Virus record (IMG/VR): IMGVR_UViG_3300032282_001003
Span: 1 to 55,241 of that record
DNA: 55,241 bases
Direction: 5' to 3' (one strand)
Origin: a virus
Taxonomy: Duplodnaviria; Caudoviricetes
Made by a program: the position numbers and the translations under genes
Notes under the pieces: generated by a model
Database searches by the model: none
Told to the model about the DNA's origin: nothing
The model's input: only the letters and a program-made list of their open reading frames with translations
In this document: positions 47,901-55,241 of the stretch, one piece after another
How the letters are laid out: the number at the start of each line of letters is the position of its first letter
How positions within the stretch are numbered: the stretch's first letter is position 1

Positions 47901-50900
47901 CCGGCGAAGGTGCGCAGGCGTATAGCTGGGGCACGTATCGTGCTCAACGCAAAGGTATAGCAGAAAATTATCGAGATACAGAAGCAAGAAAACAAAAAAG
48001 GGTGTGGGGACAACTTCCAGAAATAGTTGCGTGGAAAAAAACCCAAGAGCCAACTTTTGATGGGCACACCGCAGAAGAATTTTTAAATTTTGCACGAGAC
48101 AAAACAAACAAAAATAAAAAACTTGGTGAAATACCGCACAAATATGCACACACAGTTGCAGAAATATTGGAAACTATTGATCGTGTTCGTGATGGAGATT
48201 TTACTTTTTATAGTACTGTGTCTCCCGCAGCACAATGGGGGGACGTGCTAGAAATGTATGAAAACGGGCTTGATGAGGGCTACCACCCACTTGACCCTGA
48301 TGAAAAAGTTTTTCTTAGTAGCTTGAATTTGGCAAAACTGGGAATACCAAGCAATGAAATTTTGTACCGAGGGCGTCAGTGGGTGGACGCGTGGTTGGAA
48401 AGAGACGACCCCACAAAATATGCCGCAGCAGATGTTTTACATTGGCTACGACACAAAAACCAAGACGCCGTAACTCCAAAAACAATAGCCAAAGCTATCG
48501 AAGAAACTACTAAAAATGCAGAAGAAATTGTTCAACTTTTTGCTGACGAGCCTAACGGCGGTATGTACAAAGACGCACAACAGTTTTTAAAAGGCGTTGA
48601 ACAATTAAGCGCAGAAGACTTTACTTTTAATCCACCCACTGCGCCGCCAATACCAGAACCTACTGGGTATATGGTGCGCACGTTGCACACACGCCCAGAA
48701 AACACATACTTATTGTGGGATGAAAAAGTTGAAAAACAACCTGCGCATGTTTATGACGCGTTGAAAAAACTTTATGAAGATATGCCGCTTACTTTACGGC
48801 AAAAGTTTTTGATGTTGCTTCAGTTAAAAGGTGCTACTGGCGCAGAGTTTTATGAAACGCTTGCGGCTACTGTTGAAAGCAAACAACTAGCATCGCGGGT
48901 AATGGCGGAGTACGGCATATCGGGTAATAAGTATTTTGATTACAGCCGCACCAATAAAGATTTGAGTAAACGCCGTTATAACTACGTTGACTTTTTCGAC
49001 AAAGACGAAGGTGCTCAGATTATTGCGCACAACATTGAACCTGTTGGAACAGACAAGGATGTGATATTCCTGTCCCGCAAAGCCAAGTACAACAACCCTG
49101 AGTTTGAGGACGCCAGCAAGGTCACCAGCCGCATCGTTGCGCAGAACCGTTCGTGGTACGACAACATAAAAGCTAATGCTACCGGGCTGGCTTTTGAGAC
49201 ACAGCTTGTTGATCGCTTCGCTGGCTTTGAGCGCTTGGCCAAGTACATGGAGCCGCTCAAGGGCACCCAGATGATGTTCTATCTGCGCCAGTATGACCAG
49301 CGCATGAACCTTGTGTCCCAGTCCGTAGGCAACGGTGCGCCAGCTCTTGTGGAGAAACAGCGCAAGGACGGCCAGATTGAGCGCATTGTTGAGAGCAAGG
49401 AGGGCGCAAGCCTTTCGGGCGTGGTCAACACGTTGAAAGACGCCAAGCAGTACATTGGTAATGGGGAGGCTGTGAACCAGATGTTCACCACATATCTGGC
49501 TGCGCTTCGTGCCGACAACAAAGGCATTGACTCGTTGAACTTTGGCAAAGACAAGAACGGCAACCCGATTGTTACGCAGGCTGATCTGGACAAAGTTAAA
49601 AAGCTGGTCGATGGCAACAAAGACTTGAAAGCCGTCTTCAACAAAGCCCGCAGCGAGTACAACGAGTACAACCGCAACCTGATTAAGTTCCTTGTGGATA
49701 CCGGGGCGCTTGACCAAGACACCGCAAACAGGCTTGTCCGCGAAGACGATTACATCCCGTTCTATCGTGAGCGCAATGGTGTTGCCCAGTTGCTCATTGG
49801 TAGCGAGTCGCCCATCTACATTGGCAGCATCAAGGAGCAGCCGTACTTGCAAGAGTTGGTTGGCGGTGAGCAGCCTATCCTTGACTTCATGACTAGCTCG
49901 GTGCAGAACACCAACCTGTTGGTGGACATGGGTATGCGCAACCTTGCTACCAAGAACGCCGTCATGGAGTTGGTTGACTTGAAAGCTGCAACGCTGGTCA
50001 AGAAAGCTTCCGGCCCCGATGTGGTCAAGTTCAAGATCGACGGCGGTGAGCGCTACGCAATCATGCACACCGAGAAGGTAAAGATCGGCAACAAGGAGTT
50101 TGAGACAGGTGTGCCCGCCGACATTCTGGTCAAAGGCATGGAAGGTATCCCCACCCAGATGCCGTTCCTGCTCCGCGCTATGGCTGTCCCGTCGCAACTT
50201 TTGCGCAAAGGTATTGTGCTTAGCCCGCTGTACCAAGGCAAGCAGTTGTTCCGTGACTCGTTGGCCGCTCCCATCATCTCGGGCGCTGACTTTTTGCCTG
50301 TCATAGGCGCACTGAAGGAGCTACGCGGCCCAGCCAAACGTGATTTGGAGAAGCGCGGCATTGTGGGCGGGCAGCAGTTCAAGGGCACCAGCGAGGACTT
50401 GAGCAAAATCCTGCGCGACATTGCTGATGACAAGCCGGGCTGGATGCAGGCTTTGGGCAAGCTGGAGTCTGCTGGTATGGAGGCCGATGCGCTTACCCGC
50501 CGTGCCCAGTACAACAGCTACATTGAGCAGGGGCTGTCCGAGATGGAAGCTACGCTGATGGCGCTGGAGTCCATGAACTTCAACAAACGCGGCGCTTCCC
50601 CCAGCATCCACGTAGCCAACGCCTTGATTCCGTTCTTCAATGCGCAGATTCAAGGTCTGAACGTGATGTACAAGGCCATGACTGGCAAGATGCCGTTCAA
50701 TGACAAACTACGCATTCGGGAGAAGATGTTGCAGCGTGCCGCCCTCATGGCGGGTATTACTCTGGCCTACGCCGTACACATGGAGGACGACGAAGCCTAC
50801 AAGAACGCCACGCCTGACCAGAAGTATGGCAACTGGTTTGTGCGAGTGCCGGGTGTGGACGAGCCTGTGCGCTTGCCTGTGCCGTTTGAGGTTGGCTATC

Positions 50901-51682
50901 TGTTCAAGGCGCTGCCCGAGGCTCTGTACAACTCCATGACCACGGAGCATGGCGGCGAGGAAGCAGTCAAGGCGTTCAAGCAAATCCTGCTCCAGACTGT
51001 GCCGGGCGGTTCGTCGTACGGCATCCCGCAGTTCTTCAAGCCTGCCATTGAGGTCGGTCTTGGCAAGTCGTTCTACACAGGCCGCGACATACTGTCAGCG
51101 CAGGAGCAGCGCAAGCTGCCCGAGGAGCAGTACCGCAACAACACCACCGAGGCCGCGAAGTATGTCGGTAGCACCTTGGGCATTTCCCCGATCAAGATCG
51201 AGGCGCTCATCAATGGCTACACAGGCACCTTGGGTCTGGCGTTCATGCAGGCGATCAGCCTTGGCGTACCCGTGGGCGAGTCCCCTGAGAAAGCCGTCAA
51301 GCGTCTGTCTGAGTACCCCGTTGTTGGCGGCGTGTTCCAGCCCAACGATGCAGGCGGCATCATCAACTCGGTCTACGAGCGCATGAACGAGGCCGAGCAA
51401 GTCCGCACCTCTGTGCGCAGCTTGATGCAGGAGGGCAAAATCTCCGAGGCCAACGCCTTGCTGGAGCGGCGCGGCAATGAGTACATGCAGGCTGAAATAT
51501 CGGATGTGTTCAAGTCAAACATGAACAAGCTGACCCAAGCCGAGCGTGCAATCAATGCGTCCGACATGTCCCCGCAAGAAAAGCGTGAGCAATTGGACGA
51601 GATCAGGAAGATGAAGATCGGCTTGGCAAACGCGGTACGTGAAATTTCCGATAAAACCATACACCTATCTGGTTTTGTTTGA
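41912..51682 (+). CDS. giant (3256 aa) polyvalent internal virion protein: coiled coils, zincin-like metallopeptidase, ART-like domain, LPD38-like C-terminus
   Basis: LLHEIGVH...DDELLAY; WHGT...FDQF...GSGEGAQAYSWGTY...YGISGNKY...NYV; C-terminal NFNKRG...IPFFNAQIQG...RLPVPFEVG.LFK. Confidence 0.8.
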   Translation: MPLALPLPDGRFVTIREGETPEQTWARAQKMYPDAFAAKQAPAAPSGSGSWLGDVATAFKQGAVGSTKALTDVLGAQNAASASLGATSEALQKDYSAARQAELQAQADRMKQAEASGSTWEEIKAGLKNVAEAPAQAAAQGLGSLVPYVPTMFLGPLAGALRLARPTVAALESISSAAPKVLGTAQGMGTVKGAVYDAVLQKETEAGVSPEVAKQKAEAAQDYFGKNADQILLGGGLGYLAGSSGVERLLTKPGVAAAPQGLARRIGTAAGEEFITEGPQGGQERLAANLAQQRAGYDVPTMQGVIGAGLQEGLTGALTAGPVAALRGPQAATTKTPQQTEVEQARAEEEARLQKDREYKASPAYLQDVVAQYEDLAQQKKDLVGQKKKIEKGSLTEDADKAFNKDIETQLSALQKKINPLAKDYYQAKSYVTQQAKQAELAGMTPQEYMLQQMGVKPSAAKVEPENEWVTLATQNKPAKVEPSDVEKYMQGQFQAAQGLVNDPGGYADYMMQDPQMAAQIVQNRLKVPGLSASENNLLLSGISLRLKEQEKVAQRAAKQELGQRQADLQSQKLTTPEDQMALFAQSTEDVEKLRAEGETNFDYLDPMFEKALSGKQPVVQVSEAVKPTDKAPLIRQQVESLMETADQADKDYQTARSANQPDAARKAYERGNQAIAQINTLSKEGGDYAREFLSARRAQNNAMAQLGDITEQLRTGQTLGGTNKEMAASTEQSLTNKANQVRAQLVAATLQEAAIHRRAAGNPALTYDEAIKAASVVHDAVNDWVERSKVKNTQPTYEDVVVQPAQMRADKIVRPAVTERRQVSPGTQAISPAEAKHFQARVLAARNQLIAPPQGLGRRIETGILKRQFAAQEAAKTAEARGETATTLAGELRRLREYVLNKVDKVLQTVDLPEGGARVVGGPDKYGRDERGVLREEGLRELMERARDVLDTGTPSRMLIDAIEAQADRLLRGEDLGTTTVTRTVVTDQGRKVARTREGEEASPVMVIRGRKFGQVAEEEARAPESRYTEELRAGLRAYQQGQGLDFEAGRTQGSARLTEEQRAALAQQGFDFVAPSKGVAAKQMSAEEQQQLEASKQRQAVKQAQAQQSLFPETNEEFGYIRATAANFAKSPRMKPVWEALDKARALFKKTEAARAQRSATVKARTRELENLQSRIENITKSAEFIAARQEKWTAEQLANTFAAEKGKGLSPTERTELIKDALRTVSEGRRLDDLDNRLLGFMQDTNKEISDAAKEMHEKTAPLRDAVAAIKKAMKTSPVVTAEEKAMLAHEDEIKKQRGEYQRATEQAIATARKDMETARAELLDPLIKQTSDALAKAESTLTKEKKALEKFKADFEGPVEGSPQVKNEIRTYFLFKIEEKQDVIADLTGQIEKQKDDLEALVAQRYEEMDGAAAVAQAMLDKNVKTERTWLEMLEAQLAFVRGDDVLKKASSYPFAAERARINAKNQTQVVKAAEKRAEEFKAAAKTQQQEMEAFWQDNLGGEGIKVARKKIGGEQRKAYEKIETDIAKQKEKIADIEAALEGTLTKRDRNAKETALNKANEALTALQKEEREFSTRFYEVSKTLTKEEKEAKRLQEAGIQSAMRLDKIERSDLVKNAQTKLLADQIADRLVQLEEVPGSNDIDELRKVLDSDKATEKEIINAQVRIGLLQEIKALEAQEEVLSEGKPRRKQGPATTLSSSALAKGKPLRTGFVKVLEKTSEAMRAEKESGTYGEERFTGSDLEGANLFFGGEDRFFSRGKPAEGQTVASLKEELRQVMGESVTSRGNVKIYQNVEDYIQQQKPELQAALRQQIPSDAKGFAKGNKAVLFAENIGKGHGLGVLLHEIGVHVGFRSFFNEGQYKALVNQVKQWAKRTDGSIEEKVGKAAQRRVEMANTEASQVDDELLAYAVEEAVQMGVNPQGVKGGSALRNWLNMVVAAFKKALNAFGINPTNLQAGDLVNFAYGCAQLELKGTWHGTGAKFDQFDFAYMGSGEGAQAYSWGTYRAQRKGIAENYRDTEARKQKRVWGQLPEIVAWKKTQEPTFDGHTAEEFLNFARDKTNKNKKLGEIPHKYAHTVAEILETIDRVRDGDFTFYSTVSPAAQWGDVLEMYENGLDEGYHPLDPDEKVFLSSLNLAKLGIPSNEILYRGRQWVDAWLERDDPTKYAAADVLHWLRHKNQDAVTPKTIAKAIEETTKNAEEIVQLFADEPNGGMYKDAQQFLKGVEQLSAEDFTFNPPTAPPIPEPTGYMVRTLHTRPENTYLLWDEKVEKQPAHVYDALKKLYEDMPLTLRQKFLMLLQLKGATGAEFYETLAATVESKQLASRVMAEYGISGNKYFDYSRTNKDLSKRRYNYVDFFDKDEGAQIIAHNIEPVGTDKDVIFLSRKAKYNNPEFEDASKVTSRIVAQNRSWYDNIKANATGLAFETQLVDRFAGFERLAKYMEPLKGTQMMFYLRQYDQRMNLVSQSVGNGAPALVEKQRKDGQIERIVESKEGASLSGVVNTLKDAKQYIGNGEAVNQMFTTYLAALRADNKGIDSLNFGKDKNGNPIVTQADLDKVKKLVDGNKDLKAVFNKARSEYNEYNRNLIKFLVDTGALDQDTANRLVREDDYIPFYRERNGVAQLLIGSESPIYIGSIKEQPYLQELVGGEQPILDFMTSSVQNTNLLVDMGMRNLATKNAVMELVDLKAATLVKKASGPDVVKFKIDGGERYAIMHTEKVKIGNKEFETGVPADILVKGMEGIPTQMPFLLRAMAVPSQLLRKGIVLSPLYQGKQLFRDSLAAPIISGADFLPVIGALKELRGPAKRDLEKRGIVGGQQFKGTSEDLSKILRDIADDKPGWMQALGKLESAGMEADALTRRAQYNSYIEQGLSEMEATLMALESMNFNKRGASPSIHVANALIPFFNAQIQGLNVMYKAMTGKMPFNDKLRIREKMLQRAALMAGITLAYAVHMEDDEAYKNATPDQKYGNWFVRVPGVDEPVRLPVPFEVGYLFKALPEALYNSMTTEHGGEEAVKAFKQILLQTVPGGSSYGIPQFFKPAIEVGLGKSFYTGRDILSAQEQRKLPEEQYRNNTTEAAKYVGSTLGISPIKIEALINGYTGTLGLAFMQAISLGVPVGESPEKAVKRLSEYPVVGGVFQPNDAGGIINSVYERMNEAEQVRTSVRSLMQEGKISEANALLERRGNEYMQAEISDVFKSNMNKLTQAERAINASDMSPQEKREQLDEIRKMKIGLANAVREISDKTIHLSGFV

Positions 51683-51821
51683 TACCGACAATTGCCTGTG
51701 CATTGATTCGGTGAGGGAGCGCGGCTCTGAGACCTAGCTCCCTCACCTTTTCAACGTCCAGCCCCGGTACAAAGAAGCCTTCACCCGGCCTTAGCTTCGC
51801 CCACGGATAGATTATTTCCAT
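51603..51821 (-). CDS. small conserved phage protein (YPWxxLxxGxxFFVP)
   Basis: motif typical of small proteins downstream of phage primase-helicases; GGAAG upstream. Confidence 0.6.
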   Translation of the reverse strand: MEIIYPWAKLRPGEGFFVPGLDVEKVRELGLRAALPHRINAQAIVGIKQNQIGVWFYRKFHVPRLPSRSSSS

Positions 51822-54714
51822 CAAACACTTCTTCCATAAAGGTTATATGCATCACGTTGACCCGCATCAGCGGGCCGTTGGTACCGCCCAGCATATTTTT
51901 CTTGATGTAAGACACCTTGAACGAACCTTCCATTTGCGTCTTGAACTCGTCGTACCCGAAGCTCATGCTGACGCAGTGCTTCTTCAGTAGCTGCTCCTCA
52001 AGGTAGAACTCGCGGTAGCCGGGGGTCAGCATGCCGTGTTCCACACGGCCAAGCACTTTGGCGCGGGTGATTGACCTGTCCACAATGTCGCCGTTGTCGC
52101 CCCACGAGGCCAGTATCTTGCCCTCCAGCCGCTTGATGACGATGAAGCTGCCGTAGTTGTCGCCGATGTACGCGTTGAGCACATCCTCTGCCGTGCGTAC
52201 GCTGCTCTTGACCACGCTGCGGGCTTTGTCCACAAGCAGTTTGAGCGCCGCTATGACCTTGTTGATCTCCACGTCCAGTATGCCAGCGAACTCCTTGCGC
52301 AACAATATTGCCGAAGCCACCGTGGTTGTGCAGCCTGCGTGCCAGTACCGCTCGTCGTCTGTGAACCGCATGACTTTCTTCAAGTGGGCATGCACCTTGG
52401 CCACCACCTCTGCCGCTGTCTTTTGGTTGACCACCAGCCAGCGTATCCACGCTTCTCCAGCCACGCCGTAGCTGCGTTTCATGTTGAGTAGGGCGGTGCG
52501 CTCCTCGCTTGTCCACACCAGCTTGACGTGGGGGTTCCACTCCAGCATGCGCAGCAGTTCGCCGTTGGAGCTAAATTTGCGTGCCCCAGCCATGTAGTCA
52601 GTCAGCTTTTCGTTCGACGTAGTTGTGCAGGTTGTTTTCCATGATGTGTTGTTCAGACGTTCCTTGTTGGCTCCAGACTCCATGCGCTCCTTGCCCTGCG
52701 CTTCAGCAAAGTCAAAGACAAACGTTGGCATCCACTCCAAGTCCGTGCGCTGCGTGGCGGTAATCTCGTCGATCAGGAGCGGCATGCTGTTGAGCAGGCC
52801 AGCCCTTTGCTGCATTGCAACAGGGGATGTTCCCTTGCCTGTGCGGTAGCGTAGTGGGTGACCCCACACGCCAGCCTTGGCGCTCAGTACCAGCGACTTG
52901 CCTGTACCAGACCACTGCGAAGCGATGTGCCAGACAAAGCCTTCGTACTCCGTGAACCGCATGAGCGGCGCACCAAAGGAGTCCAGCGCGATTGCCAAGT
53001 GTGTGTCCATCCCCGCTTTCTGCACGAAGACTTTGTTCCACATGTCCTGCCAGTCAGCCAGTGAGCCGCTGCCAGTGGTGTTGCGGTTGATGTTTTCGAG
53101 GCCGGGCATGGGCACCCTAGTCTCTTTGCCGTCCGCTGTGAACACGCGGTTGTTGTACACAAACGAGTTGTTGGCTTGCCAGCCGCACTGGTACGGCACT
53201 TCGATAGGTCTGCGGTTCTGTGACGCATCGCCCACACAGGCGCGGACGTACTCGTACAGGGTCTTGTCGTGCCCCGCAAAGGTAGACACCACGTTCTGGC
53301 TTGCCAGCGCCTTGAGCGTCTCGTCCTTGCTGACCACGGACTTCTGCGGGATGTTGAACGTCTGCACGCCTTCGGGGCGCACAGCGGCCATGTGGACAAG
53401 GTGGTCGTTCTCCATCTTGAGCAGGTCAACCACAAACAAGTCGTACGGAACCAACTGAATATTCTTCTTGGTCTTCTTGCCTTCCTCGTCCTCCTCCAGC
53501 TTCGTGCAGTACACGCCGCCTTTCTCGCCGTAGCTGTAGCCCCTTGGGGGCAGCGGGCGCATGACGCTTGGGGCTAAGGGTAAACCCGAATCCTCTGGCT
53601 CGTACGAATCCTCTGAATCAAGCTCCGTCTCGTCAAACTCCTCTGACGGCGGCGCGTCCAGCATGATCTCCTTGACGGTGTTGTCCGTCTTGATCTCCCG
53701 CCCCAGTATCAGGGGGTTGGTGATCTTGCCCCAGTGCGGGCACTTGGTACAGATGCCGGGGTTCTCGCTGTCCATCTTGACGCAGGGGTAGGGCCCCTTG
53801 ATCTCGAACATCTTCTGGTGCATGCGCTCATGGGAGTACGGGTGCATGTCGGACAACCAGATCGCTTTGTCCTGCCCGTCCTCGCACACCTTTGCCCATG
53901 ACAACAACCCCCGCCAGACAGGTTCTTTGCCGTCATCCTGCGCCGTGGCGATGTAGTCCGCTATCTGCCCGCAGTGCGGCTCAAACCCACTGAACAACGT
54001 GTAGCTGTCCTGAATCAGTTTGACCTGCCCTGTGGTGGTCGCGGTCTTGGGGCGCTCGCCCTCCAGCGTAGTCTTTGCCGCCCTGCTAGGCGTGGGCGGC
54101 ACGGAGTCGATCAGCTTCTCATAGACCAGCGGGGAGAACTCCGAGAAGTCGAACAGGTCGCCTTTCTGCACTATGCGCACAGGACGCGGCGAAGCGTACT
54201 TCTTCTTGTTGTTTGTCGTGCCGGGGACACGCAGAATCCGCGCAGCATCTGCCGACACCGCCATGTCGATGACAAAGCCTTCCTGCTTGCACAGCCGCTT
54301 CAAGTTCTCGGCAACGGGTTGCCAAATGGCAACAGGCAGTTCGTCTTTGAGCGGCCAGTAGCAATGCAGCCCGCCACCGGAGTCCACAATCCACGGCGTA
54401 CCAAGCTCGTCCAGCCCTGTGCTTTGCAGGAATTTAATCAGCGCATCAGCCGCCGACTTCTTGGTCGTGTACCCGTCCAAGTCAACAAAGAACGCCTTGA
54501 CGTACTTGGCTGTGTCGGAGCCGCGCTTGTTGTCGAAGGTGGATACGGCAAAGAAAATGTCGCAGTTGTCAGCCTTCCACGCGTCTATCTTCGGTATGAG
54601 TTCATCAATTGTCTCCGCATAAAAATGTTCTTTCTTCTTTGTGAGTTCTACCGCGCAATAAAGTCCAAGACCTTCAGACGGCAAAACCACCGCTAAAAAC
54701 TCAGCGGGTGTCAT
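51781..54714 (-). CDS. primase-helicase: AEP/RepB-like primase, Cys-rich domain, DUF927 and P-loop helicase
   Basis: FVDLD, SGGGLHCYW, DAARILRVPGT; PYPC...C..CPH; GTGKS Walker A, LLIDE Walker B, GKER, TTSN. Confidence 0.88.
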   Translation of the reverse strand: MTPAEFLAVVLPSEGLGLYCAVELTKKKEHFYAETIDELIPKIDAWKADNCDIFFAVSTFDNKRGSDTAKYVKAFFVDLDGYTTKKSAADALIKFLQSTGLDELGTPWIVDSGGGLHCYWPLKDELPVAIWQPVAENLKRLCKQEGFVIDMAVSADAARILRVPGTTNNKKKYASPRPVRIVQKGDLFDFSEFSPLVYEKLIDSVPPTPSRAAKTTLEGERPKTATTTGQVKLIQDSYTLFSGFEPHCGQIADYIATAQDDGKEPVWRGLLSWAKVCEDGQDKAIWLSDMHPYSHERMHQKMFEIKGPYPCVKMDSENPGICTKCPHWGKITNPLILGREIKTDNTVKEIMLDAPPSEEFDETELDSEDSYEPEDSGLPLAPSVMRPLPPRGYSYGEKGGVYCTKLEEDEEGKKTKKNIQLVPYDLFVVDLLKMENDHLVHMAAVRPEGVQTFNIPQKSVVSKDETLKALASQNVVSTFAGHDKTLYEYVRACVGDASQNRRPIEVPYQCGWQANNSFVYNNRVFTADGKETRVPMPGLENINRNTTGSGSLADWQDMWNKVFVQKAGMDTHLAIALDSFGAPLMRFTEYEGFVWHIASQWSGTGKSLVLSAKAGVWGHPLRYRTGKGTSPVAMQQRAGLLNSMPLLIDEITATQRTDLEWMPTFVFDFAEAQGKERMESGANKERLNNTSWKTTCTTTSNEKLTDYMAGARKFSSNGELLRMLEWNPHVKLVWTSEERTALLNMKRSYGVAGEAWIRWLVVNQKTAAEVVAKVHAHLKKVMRFTDDERYWHAGCTTTVASAILLRKEFAGILDVEINKVIAALKLLVDKARSVVKSSVRTAEDVLNAYIGDNYGSFIVIKRLEGKILASWGDNGDIVDRSITRAKVLGRVEHGMLTPGYREFYLEEQLLKKHCVSMSFGYDEFKTQMEGSFKVSYIKKNMLGGTNGPLMRVNVMHITFMEEVFDGNNLSVGEAKAG

Positions 54715-54728
54715 AACTGTCCTTTGGA

Positions 54729-54938
54729 TTATTTGAAGTCGTCTGTCGCGTGTTCTACGCCCTGCTCAAAGCCTTCTTCAAAGCCTTCGTGGAATATGTT
54801 CGTGCGGTTGTCTATTTCCTGCGCAAGACGTTCAGCCAAAGTTTTAACCCAAGCTCCGTCCAACTTGTCATACCCAACTGTGTGCGCGTACCGAAGCAGT
54901 TCCTCATTACTCAAGTTGTCAGGTTGAATGCCTTGCAT
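54729..54938 (-). CDS. hypothetical protein, 69 aa
   Basis: GGAG RBS; fits the operon packing. Confidence 0.7.
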   Translation of the reverse strand: MQGIQPDNLSNEELLRYAHTVGYDKLDGAWVKTLAERLAQEIDNRTNIFHEGFEEGFEQGVEHATDDFK

Positions 54939-55189
54939 GTTTTACTCCAAGCCTCGTCGCCAGATTTTGACGACTGCAAAATTTTGAGAAGCGCCTGTAC
55001 CGCCGGGCGGTAGGCAACGAAGACTTCCCCGCCGTGGAACCAGTTGTAGACAGACTGACGCGACGCGCCAGTTGCCTTGGCTACCTTGATGGCCGAGAAG
55101 TTGTGGTGTGTAGCCCAACGCCCGAGTTGGTTGCCCAACGTCTTTGGCGCTTGACCAATCCGTTTAATGGTTTGTACTGAGTAGGCCAT
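54911..55189 (-). CDS. Cro/XRE-like helix-turn-helix protein
   Basis: SAIKVAKATGASRQSVYNWFHG HTH signature. Confidence 0.8.
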   Translation of the reverse strand: MAYSVQTIKRIGQAPKTLGNQLGRWATHHNFSAIKVAKATGASRQSVYNWFHGGEVFVAYRPAVQALLKILQSSKSGDEAWSKTCKAFNLTT

Positions 55190-55195
55190 GATTGA

Positions 55196-55209
55196 GGGGC
55201 CGAAGCCCC
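55196..55209 (-). promoter_or_regulatory. UUCG hairpin between the SD and start codon of the HTH gene
   Basis: minus strand AAGGAGG-T-GGGGC-TTCG-GCCCC-TCAATC-ATG. Confidence 0.7.
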
Positions 55210-55215
55210 ACCTCC

Positions 55216-55241
55216 TTATTCCTCGTCCCAGTCATCAACCA
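55216..55241 (-). CDS. C-terminal tip of a truncated gene (…VDDWDEE*), possibly ssDNA-binding protein
   Basis: acidic/aromatic C-terminal tail in the replication block; only 8 codons are visible. Confidence 0.4.

Noticed and set aside
38543-50236. Long antisense ORFs (355, 243, 430 and 449 aa) opposite the ejection and giant genes
   Set aside because: Same shadow effect; their Leu/Phe/Val-rich composition mirrors Gln/Lys/Glu codons on the + strand.
41912-51682. N4-like virion RNA polymerase identity for the giant ORF
   Set aside because: Similar size, but I could not find single-subunit RNAP catalytic motifs; the motifs present fit polyvalent/LPD38-type proteins.
1-55241. Prophage status, tRNA genes or alternative genetic code
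   Set aside because: No integrase, att site, host genes or tRNA cloverleaf recognised; TAA, TAG and TGA all end well-packed genes under the standard code.

Overview
This window is most of the genome of a tailed dsDNA phage (Caudoviricetes) with podovirus-type architecture. It has three blocks. (i) 1-9.5 kb: a leftward early/accessory arm of small ORFs plus a MoxR-type AAA+ ATPase / HEXXH-vWA / DUF3150-like module. Six copies of the 16-bp palindrome GTGGTCAATTGACCAC sit at gene junctions here, and there is an origin-like nested inverted repeat at about 8.4-8.6 kb. (ii) 9.9-51.7 kb: a rightward late arm with terminase small/large subunits, portal, GroES-like co-chaperonin, scaffold, decoration and major capsid proteins, a cluster of very small basic proteins, adaptors, many tail-fibre/lectin proteins, holin and M15 endolysin, nozzle, three ejection-type proteins and a 3256-aa polyvalent protein. 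(iii) 51.6-55.2 kb: a leftward replication block with a primase-helicase, an HTH protein and the acidic tail of a probable SSB. Both ends are leftward and truncated, consistent with a circularly permuted genome whose remaining replication genes lie outside the window. I saw no integrase, tRNA, CRISPR array or reverse transcriptase. The most unusual signals are the junction-palindrome set, a pseudoknotted leader RNA with its own promoter after the capsid gene, a recurring hydrophobic-x-x-G-G peptide shared by putative internal virion proteins, and an AT-rich ADP-ribosyltransferase-like cassette in the giant protein. Family assignments come from motif recognition by eye, not database searches.
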